Positions 26,765-35,816 of a DNA stretch of 64,000 nucleotides are shown here, piece after piece. The notes under the pieces are model-generated. The model did not search any database and was not told where the DNA came from. It saw only the letters and a list, made by a program, of their open reading frames with translations. The translations under genes and the position numbers were made by a program. Source of the stretch: Polyangiales bacterium (lineage in GTDB: Bacteria > Myxococcota_A > Polyangia > Polyangiales > Houyiibacteriaceae); NCBI GenBank assembly GCA_045106895.1, contig JBGCFM010000025.1, positions 21,528-85,527 of the forward strand. The letters run 5' to 3'. How positions within the stretch are numbered: position 1 is the first letter of the stretch; each line of letters opens with the position of its first letter.

Positions 26765-29583
26765 GCGTCGGCCTTGGTGGCCTTCTTGGTCGTCTTCTTA
26801 GCGGCCTTCTTGGCCGTCTTCTTCGCGGCCTTTTTGGTCGTCTTCTTCGCGGCCTTTTTGGTCGTCTTCTTGGCGGCCTTCTTGGTCGTCTTCTTAGCGG
26901 CCTTCTTGGTCGCCTTCTTCTTGGCGGCCTTCTTGGTCGCCTTCTTCTTGGCGGCCTTCTTCTTCGGCGCCTTCTTCTTTCGCGTGCTGGGTCCCTTGTC
27001 GCGGCGAAGCTGGAGGAGCTCCTGCGCGCGTTCCGGCGTGATCGACTCAAGGTGGTCGCCGGTTCGGAGCGACGCGTTGGTCTCGCCGTCGGTCACATAG
27101 AGGCCCCAGTTGCCTTCCTTCAAGATGATTGGCTTCTCAGAGACCGGATCGATACCGAGCTCTTTGAGGGGGGGCTTCGCTTTTCGCTGTCGGCCCTTTT
27201 TGGGTTCGGCGAAGAGCTTCATGGCCTGCTCGACGGTGACCGTGAAGATGTGTTCTTCGGCTTCGAGGCTGCGGTTGTCTTTGCCCTTGGTGATGTAGGC
27301 GCCGTAGCGACCGTTGAGCGCCTGGATCTCTTCGCCGTCCGGCGCGTTGCCGACGACTCGGGGCAGCGAGAGGACGCTCAGAGCGTCTTCGAGGGTGAGC
27401 GTCGCCGGATCCATCGACTTCAGGAGCGACGCGGTGACGGGCTTCTCTTTGCTGCCCTTCTCGATCTCGCCGATCTGTACGTAGTTGCCGAAGCGTCCGG
27501 CCTTCAAGAACACCGTCTCACCGGTTTCGGGATCGGTGCCAAGCTCGCGGTCGCCCTTCGGCGCCTCGAGGAGGGCGATGGCCTTCTCCAAGGTGAGCTC
27601 GTCCGGTGGAAGGTCGTCCGGCACGCTCGCGGTGACCTCATCGCCTTCAAGCGTGAGGTAAGGGCCGTAGTTGCCCATGCGGAGTCGAACGGCTTGCCCG
27701 GCTTCGTTCGTTCCGATCTCGAAGGTCTCAAGACGCCGAAGCTCGGCGAGCCCGTCTTCTTTGCCAGGACTCAGCTGGTCCATCTTGCGCGTGACGAGAT
27801 CCTCAAGCCCCTCTTGGCCTTCGTCGCCAAAGAAGAACTTCTTCAGCCACTCGCCGCGACCGGCGTCGCCGGCTGCGATGGCATCGAGGTCGTCCTCCAT
27901 GCGCGCCGTGAAGTCATAGTCGACGAGATGCCCGAAGTGGTCTTCGAGCATGCGGATCACCTGGAATGCTTTCCAGGTCGGGACCATCGCCGACCCCTTT
28001 TTCCACACGTAGCCGCGCTCTTGGATCACGTTGATGATCGACGCGTAGGTGGAAGGTCGTCCAATGCCGCGCTCTTCGAGCCACTTCACCAAGGACGCTT
28101 CTGTGTAGCGCGCGGGCGGCTGTGTCTCGTGGCCCTTCGGCGTGATTTCCTTCGCCCCGACCTTCTGTCCCTCGGTCAGGTTCGGAAGATGAGCCTCCTT
28201 CTTGCCGGCGTTCTCATCGTCGGCTTCGTCGGCTTCGACGTAGGCCTTCAGGAAACCAGGGAAGGTGATGGTGGTGCCGCTGACGCTAAACTCAGCGGCG
28301 GTCTTGTCCGCTGTCTCCGTTCCCATACGAAGAGTAATGGTGTGGCCGCGGGCGCTCTCCATCTGCGAGGCGATGGTGCGCTTCCAGATGAGCTCGTAGA
28401 CTTTGCGCGCGTCGGGGAAGCTGACGAGCTCGGCGACTTCCGCGGGTGTCTTGAACGTGTCGCCGGCGGGCCGGATGGCCTCATGTGCTTCCTGCGCGTT
28501 CTTGACCTTGCGCGTGTACTGACGTGGCTCCTTTGGGAGGTCCTCGGCGGTGTACAGCTCAGCGATTTGTTTTCGCGCGGCGTCCAGGGCGGTCTTCGAG
28601 AGCGTCGTGGAGTCCGTACGCATGTACGTGATGTGACCGTTCTCGTAGAGAAGCTGCGCGGCGCGCATGGTGCGGCTTGAGCTGAAGCGAAGCTTCTTTC
28701 CAGCTTCCTGCTGCAGCGTCGAGGTCATGAAGGGGGGCGCTGGGTTGCGCTTGTAGGGCTTGCGCTCGACGGGGCCGACCTCGAAGCTACATGCGCTGAG
28801 GTCGCCGGCGAGTTTCGTGGCCGCCGCTTCGTCGAGGGGATGAACTTCGTCGCTCTTGAGCTTGCCGAGGCTGTCGAAGTCACGCCCCGAAGCGACTCGT
28901 TTCCCGTCCACGCGAACAAGGCTCGCCTCGAATGGGGCGCCGTCGGTCGTCTCGAAGAGACCGTCGAGGTCCCAGTAAGAAGCACGCTTGTACGCGAGGC
29001 GCTCACGCTCGCGCTCCACCACCACGCGCGTCGCCACGGATTGGACGCGGCCAGCGGAGCGTGAGCGGGCTCGCTGGCGAACCACCATCGTCATCGCGAA
29101 GCCATAGAGGCGGTCGAGAATACGTCGCGCTTCCTGCGCATCGACGAGATGCTGGTCAAGCTCGCGTGGGGCGTTGACGGCGCTCTGAATCGCCTTCTTT
29201 GTGATCTCGTGGAAGACCATGCGCCGGACAGGAACCTTCGGCTTCAGCACCTCCAAGAGATGCCACGCGATGGATTCTCCTTCGCGGTCTTCATCTGTTG
29301 CGAGTAGGAGTTCGTCCGCCGCCTTCAGCTGTTTACGCAGCTCCGCGATATGCGACTTGCGTCCGTCGGAGACCAAGTAGATCGGGTTGAAGTTGTCGTT
29401 TACATCGACGGCGTACGCGTTGACGTACTCGTCTGCTTTGCGACGCGCTTTGTCCAGCTGCTTTGGAACCGCGAGGTCACGGATGTGCCCGATAGACGAC
29501 TCAACAGTGTAGTCATCCCCCAGGTACTTCTGGATGGTCTTGGCTTTCGCTGGGGATTCGACGATGACGAGAGAGCGGGACAA
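26761..29583 (-). CDS. topA: DNA topoisomerase I (type IA) with Cys-free C-terminal repeats and Lys/Ala-rich tail
   Basis: LVIVESPAKAKTI, ATDEDREGE, SAGRVQS, catalytic ITYMRTD and GIGRPSTY; C-terminal G(R/N)(Y/F/W)G repeats and AAKK tail. Confidence 0.97.
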   Translation of the reverse strand: MSRSLVIVESPAKAKTIQKYLGDDYTVESSIGHIRDLAVPKQLDKARRKADEYVNAYAVDVNDNFNPIYLVSDGRKSHIAELRKQLKAADELLLATDEDREGESIAWHLLEVLKPKVPVRRMVFHEITKKAIQSAVNAPRELDQHLVDAQEARRILDRLYGFAMTMVVRQRARSRSAGRVQSVATRVVVERERERLAYKRASYWDLDGLFETTDGAPFEASLVRVDGKRVASGRDFDSLGKLKSDEVHPLDEAAATKLAGDLSACSFEVGPVERKPYKRNPAPPFMTSTLQQEAGKKLRFSSSRTMRAAQLLYENGHITYMRTDSTTLSKTALDAARKQIAELYTAEDLPKEPRQYTRKVKNAQEAHEAIRPAGDTFKTPAEVAELVSFPDARKVYELIWKRTIASQMESARGHTITLRMGTETADKTAAEFSVSGTTITFPGFLKAYVEADEADDENAGKKEAHLPNLTEGQKVGAKEITPKGHETQPPARYTEASLVKWLEERGIGRPSTYASIINVIQERGYVWKKGSAMVPTWKAFQVIRMLEDHFGHLVDYDFTARMEDDLDAIAAGDAGRGEWLKKFFFGDEGQEGLEDLVTRKMDQLSPGKEDGLAELRRLETFEIGTNEAGQAVRLRMGNYGPYLTLEGDEVTASVPDDLPPDELTLEKAIALLEAPKGDRELGTDPETGETVFLKAGRFGNYVQIGEIEKGSKEKPVTASLLKSMDPATLTLEDALSVLSLPRVVGNAPDGEEIQALNGRYGAYITKGKDNRSLEAEEHIFTVTVEQAMKLFAEPKKGRQRKAKPPLKELGIDPVSEKPIILKEGNWGLYVTDGETNASLRTGDHLESITPERAQELLQLRRDKGPSTRKKKAPKKKAAKKKATKKAAKKKATKKAAKKTTKKAAKKTTKKAAKKTTKKAAKKTAKKAAKKTTKKATKADA
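26770..26980 (-). repeat. Coding tandem repeat (KKAAKK(T/K) units) of the TopA tail
   Basis: Repeated + strand units such as GGCCTTCTTGGTCGTCTTCTT with 24-27 bp period. Confidence 0.85.
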
Positions 29584-29645
29584 AGCAGAGGCCTAGGAAA
29601 AAGGAAGAGTAGGAAAACCCAGAAATCGGTTCGCTGATGCGAAAG

Positions 29646-29671
29646 CGCCCCGTCGCCGGAGCAACGGGGCG
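29646..29671 (-). terminator. Stem-loop between the zinc-ribbon gene and topA
   Basis: CGCCCCGT-N10-ACGGGGCG with only a short U run on the minus strand. Confidence 0.35.
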
Positions 29672-29723
29672 AAAGGGCGGTCACGAGGACCCAGAAATAA
29701 GGCCCATCGCCGCGGAAGCGCTG

Positions 29724-30032
29724 TCAGTCGGCGGTGACGCCTTCGAGATTCAAGCCGTTGACGGGCTCGTCTGCGTACATGCCGACGCCGGCCGCTTCGT
29801 CCGCTGCGCGCTGTGCTTCGTGCGTGTGAGCGCACTTCGGGCAAGCGAGAGCTTCCTTGGCGATCTCGTATCCGGCACCGCCTGGATCGTCGAAATGCTT
29901 GTTCTTCCGGCCCACGCGAAGCTTGTTGGCCTTCGGACGGCTCGGGTACTCAGTAGGTCGCGACTCAGTCGTGACGCGGACCGAGCGGCTCTTGGGGGGT
30001 TGAACAGTGTTGCAGAGCTCACAGCGATACAT
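29724..30032 (-). CDS. Small CxxC...CxxC zinc-ribbon-like protein
   Basis: MYRCELC ... GYEIAKEALACPKCA; SD AGGA. Confidence 0.75.
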   Translation of the reverse strand: MYRCELCNTVQPPKSRSVRVTTESRPTEYPSRPKANKLRVGRKNKHFDDPGGAGYEIAKEALACPKCAHTHEAQRAADEAAGVGMYADEPVNGLNLEGVTAD

Positions 30033-30163
30033 AAGACGCAGGTTCCTATCGGGAAAAGAAGACAGCCCACATAACGCCAGATCTCGAAGCTGGCAATTCG
30101 CTTTGGCTTCAAGGAAGCCCCTTCAAAGCCATTGTTTGTTCTAAGTTGTTGATAATAAAGGGG

Positions 30164-30199
30164 AAACAAAAAAGGAGGGAAAGCTCACGCTCCCCCTCC
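30164..30199 (-). terminator. Intrinsic terminator after the Cys-rich lipoprotein gene
   Basis: GGAGGGGGAGC-GTGA-GCTTTCCCTCC followed by TTTTTTGTTT. Confidence 0.8.
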
Positions 30200-30232
30200 C
30201 TGGCGGCCACTTGGGCCGTAGCCCCCAGATCC

Positions 30233-32134
30233 TTAGAACTCGATCATAGGAGTCTCGTAGGCCAAGGAGTAGCTCATTCCGGAGCCTCCAACGCCGCGGG
30301 AGTCGATGTAGACGCCGTGAACACCACGGCCTGCGGTGTGGCCTAGGATACGCGAACCGAAGCGAGGTCCGCCTCCATTCGGCTGGCATGCGGCACTGCC
30401 GTCGTCATCGTCGCAGGCGGTTTCCATTCCGTCTTGGCCCGAGCGAACGTAGACGACCGGGTCGTACTCGCTCATGCCGCGCTCCCACGAGCCGCCGTCT
30501 TCCGGGCAAACACTGAAGGTGCGCTCGGCGGTCTCACCACACGAGACGAACCAGCGAATGTCCTCGCCGCTGTTGCTGGTGGCGACGCCGCCACAGCTTG
30601 CGATTTGGCCGCTGTCTCCGATGAGCGAGGTCGTCGGCGTGGCGCCCATGCCATCGAGTCGCTGCGTATAGAGGTACGAGTCACCTTCAGCGATGGCTTG
30701 GAGGTGAAGGGTGAAGTTACCCGTGGCGGTCACGCTGTAGCCACCGACGGAAATAAAGTACGTGCCCGCGCTCAAGCGCTTGGCCATGCACGACTCAAGG
30801 ATGCCAACTTCGGAGCCTGCGCTCAGACCACAAGGGCAGTCGTCGTTGCACATCTCGAAGACGGGCGCGCCCGTCGAGTCCGTGAGGTAGATGGCGGTGT
30901 CGTAGTCGGAGTCGGCGGTATCCACCCAAACGACGGACTGGTCGGTGAGCGTAAATGTGTACCAGACGTTCGGACCGTTGGCGTTGCAGCTCACCATGTC
31001 GACGTCCGCCGTTGCGCCCTCCGTCGAGCCGGTCACCGTCGTCTCGGCGTTGCCCACGGCGATGGTCTCCGCGTCGGCGCGAAGGTCGTTGGAAGGACGA
31101 CACACGCCCATGTTGCAGCTGCCGCCACCACAGGAGATATCGCAACCGCCGCAGTGCATCGCGGACGTGTTCTGGTCGACGCAACTACCGCCACAGTCGG
31201 TCTCCCCGGAAGGACATCCGCCGCTGTTTTCACAGGTTCCGCCGACGCACGTCTGGGAAGCGCTGCAGGTTTCTCCGCAGGTGCCACAGTGGTTCACGTC
31301 GGTTTGCACGTTGACGCAGTTCCCGCCGCACTCTTCGGTTCCAGTCGGGCATGTGCACCGGCCGGCTTCGCAGGTCGAGCCCACGTCGCAGGGAAGTCCG
31401 CAGGCTCCGCAGTTCGCCGGGTCGGTCAGGACGTCCGTACAGGTGGCGCCGCATTCGGTTTCGCCGGCTTCGCAGCCACAGCTGCCTTCGCTGCATCCGA
31501 CACCGGCATCGCACGCGTTGCCGCAGGCGCCGCAGTGCGCAGCGTCCGACTGTGTATCGATGCAGGTGGCTTCGCCATCAACGTCGCAGGTGGCGCGCTC
31601 TCCGCAGGACGAAGCGCACGCGCCATCGACGCAGCTCTGACCGTCCGCGCATTCGTTGTCGCAGTCCCCGCAGTTGCCGGAGTCCGACTGAAGATTTGTG
31701 CACGTGTCGTTGCATCGGTCCGGAGTCTCGCCAGCGCATTCCGCTGGCGTGCAGCCGCCGCGGACACATGTGTCGCCGTCTGCGCAGCTCTCGCCACATC
31801 GTCCGCAGTGCTCGGTGCTGGTGCTCGTGTCGACACACCCACCGCAGTCTGTTTGGCCACCAGGGCAATCCGAGGAAGTCCGGCATGTTCCGCTGTCACA
31901 GACCTCCGCGGCACCACACTCGGTGCCGCAGCTCCCGCAGTGCAGGACGTTGGAGCTTATCGTGACGCAGATTCCGTCGCAGTCGACTTGGCCGCGACGA
32001 CACTCACGTGGGCCGCCGCCCGTATCGCGCGGCGTTGCGCCGTCAGACATGCCGGCGTCGTCACGCGGAGGTGGCGTGTCTGGATCGCACGCGACGAGGG
32101 CCATTGAGACCGCAAGGAAAGCAAAGTACTTCAT
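30233..32134 (-). CDS. Cys-rich repeat lipoprotein (myxobacterial Stig1/MXAN_6577-like repeats) with C-terminal PPC-like beta domains
   Basis: Lipobox LVAC; seven (H/N)CGxC(G/D)xxC repeats; VWYTFT...YDTAIYL...CNDD...AGTYFISV. Confidence 0.8.
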   Translation of the reverse strand: MKYFAFLAVSMALVACDPDTPPPRDDAGMSDGATPRDTGGGPRECRRGQVDCDGICVTISSNVLHCGSCGTECGAAEVCDSGTCRTSSDCPGGQTDCGGCVDTSTSTEHCGRCGESCADGDTCVRGGCTPAECAGETPDRCNDTCTNLQSDSGNCGDCDNECADGQSCVDGACASSCGERATCDVDGEATCIDTQSDAAHCGACGNACDAGVGCSEGSCGCEAGETECGATCTDVLTDPANCGACGLPCDVGSTCEAGRCTCPTGTEECGGNCVNVQTDVNHCGTCGETCSASQTCVGGTCENSGGCPSGETDCGGSCVDQNTSAMHCGGCDISCGGGSCNMGVCRPSNDLRADAETIAVGNAETTVTGSTEGATADVDMVSCNANGPNVWYTFTLTDQSVVWVDTADSDYDTAIYLTDSTGAPVFEMCNDDCPCGLSAGSEVGILESCMAKRLSAGTYFISVGGYSVTATGNFTLHLQAIAEGDSYLYTQRLDGMGATPTTSLIGDSGQIASCGGVATSNSGEDIRWFVSCGETAERTFSVCPEDGGSWERGMSEYDPVVYVRSGQDGMETACDDDDGSAACQPNGGGPRFGSRILGHTAGRGVHGVYIDSRGVGGSGMSYSLAYETPMIEF

Positions 32135-32250
32135 GAAAGCCAGGTTAGCGCTTCCGCGGGCAAAGGCGAAGTAGTGCCCGAGGCCTTACCGGTCTGGGGG
32201 AGACGCACGCTGGAACGCACTCGACCTACGATCGATTTATTTCGATCCGC

Positions 32251-32277
32251 TAAAGGTGAGACCATCCCGACCGTTTC
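32251..32277 (+). promoter_or_regulatory. Putative sigma28-like promoter 8 nt upstream of ATG 32286
   Basis: CTAAAGG -35 as in the flagellar cluster; TAAA-N15-ACCGTTTC (weak -10). Confidence 0.4.
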
Positions 32278-32285
32278 TCGTTCTT

Positions 32286-33053
32286 ATGGTCTCCCCGATA
32301 CGACAACACGCCGACCGGCTTGAGCAGCGCGAACTCGCCGCTGAGCGCCGTCGAGCCGCGTTGCCGACGGCGGCGAAGGAAGAGGCGAGGGGCGCGACAG
32401 GAGGCGCGGATGCGGCGCACGGTGATGCGGGGCACCGGCGCCTCGGGGCCGCCGAGCGAAGTGAGATTGCCCACGATATTGCCAAAGACGTCATGGGACC
32501 GGGCGCAGGCAAGGAAGAGGAAGGACAAGAGCTCTCAGCGGACGAAGCGGCAAAGATCGACAAGCTTCGAAAGCGAGATGCGGAGGTACGTCGTCACGAA
32601 ATGGCACACGCTTCCGCCGGGGGGGCACACGCCGGAGCGCCCAACTACGATTTGGAGCGCGGTCCGGATGGGTCCATGTACGCCGTCGGTGGACACGTTC
32701 GCATCGATGTGAGTCCCGTCGCGGGTGACCCAGCAGCGACGCTACGCAAGATGCAGCAGGTTCGTCGCGCCGCCCTTGCGCCGGCGGAGCCTTCTCCGCA
32801 AGACCGCCGCGTGGCCTCGCGGGCCGCCGCCGAAGAAGCGAAAGCGCGCACCGCACTGCGCGAAGAGCAGGTGCAGGAAGCGCGCGCCCAACGAGAGTCG
32901 CCGCCGATTCCTCAAGAGGGCGAAGAAGGCGAAGTGGCGCTCGCTACGCCGGAGAAACGAGAGCCCCTCGCAGCCAGCGGCCGCGGCGGGTTCTCGATCA
33001 TGACGCTTCATGCGGAGCGCGCGTATCGGCGAAGCGACCCGCCTCCACGCTAG
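32286..33053 (+). CDS. SprA-related family protein (HExxH, putative metalloprotease)
   Basis: RDAEVRRHEMAHASAGG, GPDGSMYAVGGHVRID, DPAATLRKMQQVRRAALAPAEPSPQD. Confidence 0.8.
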   Translation: MVSPIRQHADRLEQRELAAERRRAALPTAAKEEARGATGGADAAHGDAGHRRLGAAERSEIAHDIAKDVMGPGAGKEEEGQELSADEAAKIDKLRKRDAEVRRHEMAHASAGGAHAGAPNYDLERGPDGSMYAVGGHVRIDVSPVAGDPAATLRKMQQVRRAALAPAEPSPQDRRVASRAAAEEAKARTALREEQVQEARAQRESPPIPQEGEEGEVALATPEKREPLAASGRGGFSIMTLHAERAYRRSDPPPR

Positions 33054-33073
33054 GATGCGCTAGGCTCCGAATC

Positions 33074-34537
33074 ATGTGCCGCGTCGTTCCCACGCTGATG
33101 CTCCTGCTGGTGTCCGCTTGCGCCGCCGAAGTCGATCCCATGGAGCCCGCGCCTGGCTGCCGCGCGCGGCAAGTTTCGACGCCCTTGGCACCCGAGACCG
33201 CCGAGATGGTTGATGTTCTCTTCGTCATCGACACGTCCTCCGACAACTATTCCGAGCAAGCCGTATTCGCGAACGCCCTCCCAGGCTTCATGGACACGCT
33301 CGCCGGCACGGGCGAGTTCTCCCCGGACATTCACGTGGGCTTCATCACCGCTGACCTCGGAACGGGCGGCCACGTGGTTCCCACCTGCGAAGAGCCAAAC
33401 TTCGGGGATGACGCGCGACTTCACCGTACCCTCGCAAGTTCCTGCGCGGACGACCTCTCCCCCGTCGGCGACGCGCCTTACTTGAGCTTTCGCGCGGACT
33501 CCACCCAGAGTTTGGAGGACCTGACGAGAGAAGCCGTGTGCATCACGTATGGCTACGAGGGCTGCGGACTCGAGCAGCCTTTGGACGCTGTGCTCAAGGC
33601 GCTGACTCCGTCGGCGAGTTCGCTCCGCTTCGCCGGAGGCACCCTCGGCCACGCTAGTGAAGCGAACGATGGATTTCTACGGGAGGACGCGGTCCTGGCC
33701 GTAGTGCTCTTGGCGAACGAGGACGACTGCTCGGTCCGCGACGCGGAACTCTTCGACCGAACGAGCACTGTGTACACGGAGCCGGACCTGTCTCTCCGCT
33801 GCTTCCTCCACGAGGACGCGCTCCATCCCCTCGCGCGCTACGTGGAGGGGCTCCTCGCCGTACGTCCGGCAGAGCGCCTTGTGTTCGCAGCTATCGCAGG
33901 GGTGCCAGAGGAGATCGCTTCCAGCGCTGAGTCTACGCCGTGGGATTTGCTGGTGGGCGACGCGTCGGTCCGAGACCCAAGAATGATCGTCACCGTCGAC
34001 GCTGCCACAGGAACTGGACGATGCGCCGCGTGCGGACATGTCGGACGTGGTGAGTCACACGCCGCCGTGCGCATCGCGAGCGTCGCCCGCGACTTGGAAG
34101 CGAGGGGCGTACGCACCGGCGTGCACTCCATCTGCGCTGAGACCTACGAGCCCGCGATGTCGATCATCGCCGACCAGATCCTCGAAGCCATGAGTGGAGC
34201 GTGTCTCGACATGAGTCTGGATGTCGACGAAGAGGGGAGCGCTCGGTGCGATGTCGTCGAGGCGCCCAGCGACGGCGTCTGCGAAGGGCGTCACGGCCGG
34301 GTGCCTTGGGGGGTGAGCGAAGACGGCACATCGCTCTGCAAACTCTGCCGAGGCGACGGGGAGGGCCACGTCATCGACGATGACCCAGCGTGCCGGGCCC
34401 TTGGCCAGGCCGGGTGGAGCGTCCGCGCCAGCTCTGTCTGTTCCGATGCCCAAAGCGTGGCGTTTGCCCCCTTGCTTCCAACGTCCCCGCGCCTGCTCTG
34501 CCCAGACCCGGACCCGACTTCGCGTGTTTGCGACTGA
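33074..34537 (+). CDS. Myxobacterial vWA-like Cys-rich lipoprotein
   Basis: Lipobox LVSAC; VDVLFVIDTS, GCGLEQPL and FLREDAVLAVVLLANEDDCS. Confidence 0.7.
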   Translation: MCRVVPTLMLLLVSACAAEVDPMEPAPGCRARQVSTPLAPETAEMVDVLFVIDTSSDNYSEQAVFANALPGFMDTLAGTGEFSPDIHVGFITADLGTGGHVVPTCEEPNFGDDARLHRTLASSCADDLSPVGDAPYLSFRADSTQSLEDLTREAVCITYGYEGCGLEQPLDAVLKALTPSASSLRFAGGTLGHASEANDGFLREDAVLAVVLLANEDDCSVRDAELFDRTSTVYTEPDLSLRCFLHEDALHPLARYVEGLLAVRPAERLVFAAIAGVPEEIASSAESTPWDLLVGDASVRDPRMIVTVDAATGTGRCAACGHVGRGESHAAVRIASVARDLEARGVRTGVHSICAETYEPAMSIIADQILEAMSGACLDMSLDVDEEGSARCDVVEAPSDGVCEGRHGRVPWGVSEDGTSLCKLCRGDGEGHVIDDDPACRALGQAGWSVRASSVCSDAQSVAFAPLLPTSPRLLCPDPDPTSRVCD

Positions 34538-34623
34538 CGACTTCACTAGCCACGAGGACTTGAGTCACCAGCCAGATCCGACGAAGTAAGGGCCAAAAGT
34601 CGGGAAAGTGACGGTGCTTTACT

Positions 34624-34638
34624 TGGAACGACTCTTGC
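34624..34638 (+). promoter_or_regulatory. Putative sigma54 promoter
   Basis: TGGAAC-GACTC-TTGC, GG-N10-GC, 17 nt upstream of ATG 34656. Confidence 0.55.
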
Positions 34639-34655
34639 GAAAGCACGTCGCACCC

Positions 34656-35816
34656 ATGAACACCACACTTCGCATCGCCCTCCTTCTGTCCCTCGCTTGG
34701 AGCGGCTGTGCCGCGGACACCGCGGACGCCTACGACCCGGATTTTGACGCGAACGAGCCCACCGCGGGCGGCAAGGCCGACGGGATTTTCGACATCATCC
34801 CCGCCATTGGTTTCGGCGACACGGTAACGGGAGCCCTCGAGGGCGACGACGTGGAGTTCTACAGCATCCGGCTTCGCCGCACGGACGACATCAGCATCTC
34901 CATGACCGCTGAAGGAGGCGCCTTTGGCCCGCATGTCTCGGTCTACTACGGGTCCAGCACCTACGTGTCTTCGGACGAGTTCGACCTTGATGGTGACACC
35001 GTCAACAAGACCTACCGCCTCGAGGGAGAGGGGACTTACCTCATCGCCGCACGCGTCTACCGCAACAGCGGCGGCGGCAACTACAACCTGACGCTCACCT
35101 GCAACGACGGCCCATGCGCGGGGAACTTCCCTGACCCGGTATCACTTCTTGACGTGGATGCCGTCGCGGGTTGCATTGAGACCGCCCATCGCTGCGCTTT
35201 TGACGCGCTCCCGGCCTACGACGGCCGGGTCGGTGCAGCGCGCTCCAACCAGATTTTCCAGGAGTGCCTGAACGACGCGTCCACCGACGACGGCGAGTCT
35301 TGTAGCGACGTTTGCGCGTGGGAAAACCCCGACGACGACTGGGACACGGCGCGCACGCTCTGCGACCTCATCGTCGAGGACCTGCCATTCTACGCGGACC
35401 AGAACGCAGCCTGTCACTCCGAGGTCTTCTACTGCATGAGCGACTGCACAAGCGACAGCTTCGCGGGCGACGCAGACGAACTCGCGTACTCCGCCATCGG
35501 AAATTGCTGGGAGGGTGTTCTCAACGGCGACTGCGATAGCTACGCCCGCGATTCTGAGGCCTGCGGTGGCACGATCCTCGCGGGTTCGGCGGGTGAGTGC
35601 GACAACTTCTGCGAGTCGACGGTAGGCGCTTGGACCGACGACATCAGCGACATCTGCGGCTACGACTCGGGTTGCGACGACTATTGCGATGTCGACATCG
35701 AAGCCGCCGGCGAAGAATGCGGCGCTGTCAGCGTCGACACCCAAGACTGCTACCTGGGGTGGTTCGATGACCACAACGCGTACGTCTGCGAGGGCGTCCT
35801 CGAAGACATGATCTAG
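34656..35816 (+). CDS. Acidic Cys-rich lipoprotein with PPC-like domain
   Basis: Lipobox WSGC, GGKADG motif and GTYLIAARVY...GNYNLTLTC; Asp/Cys-rich C-terminal half. Confidence 0.75.
   Translation: MNTTLRIALLLSLAWSGCAADTADAYDPDFDANEPTAGGKADGIFDIIPAIGFGDTVTGALEGDDVEFYSIRLRRTDDISISMTAEGGAFGPHVSVYYGSSTYVSSDEFDLDGDTVNKTYRLEGEGTYLIAARVYRNSGGGNYNLTLTCNDGPCAGNFPDPVSLLDVDAVAGCIETAHRCAFDALPAYDGRVGAARSNQIFQECLNDASTDDGESCSDVCAWENPDDDWDTARTLCDLIVEDLPFYADQNAACHSEVFYCMSDCTSDSFAGDADELAYSAIGNCWEGVLNGDCDSYARDSEACGGTILAGSAGECDNFCESTVGAWTDDISDICGYDSGCDDYCDVDIEAAGEECGAVSVDTQDCYLGWFDDHNAYVCEGVLEDMI

Noticed and set aside
26566..28680. 704-aa + strand ORF and other repeat-rich ORFs over topA
   Set aside because: Antisense or off-frame translations of topA and its Lys/Ala tail. 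The periodic repeat has no unique spacers, so it is not a CRISPR array.
30434..32107. 557-aa + strand ORF
   Set aside because: Antisense shadow of the Cys-rich lipoprotein.
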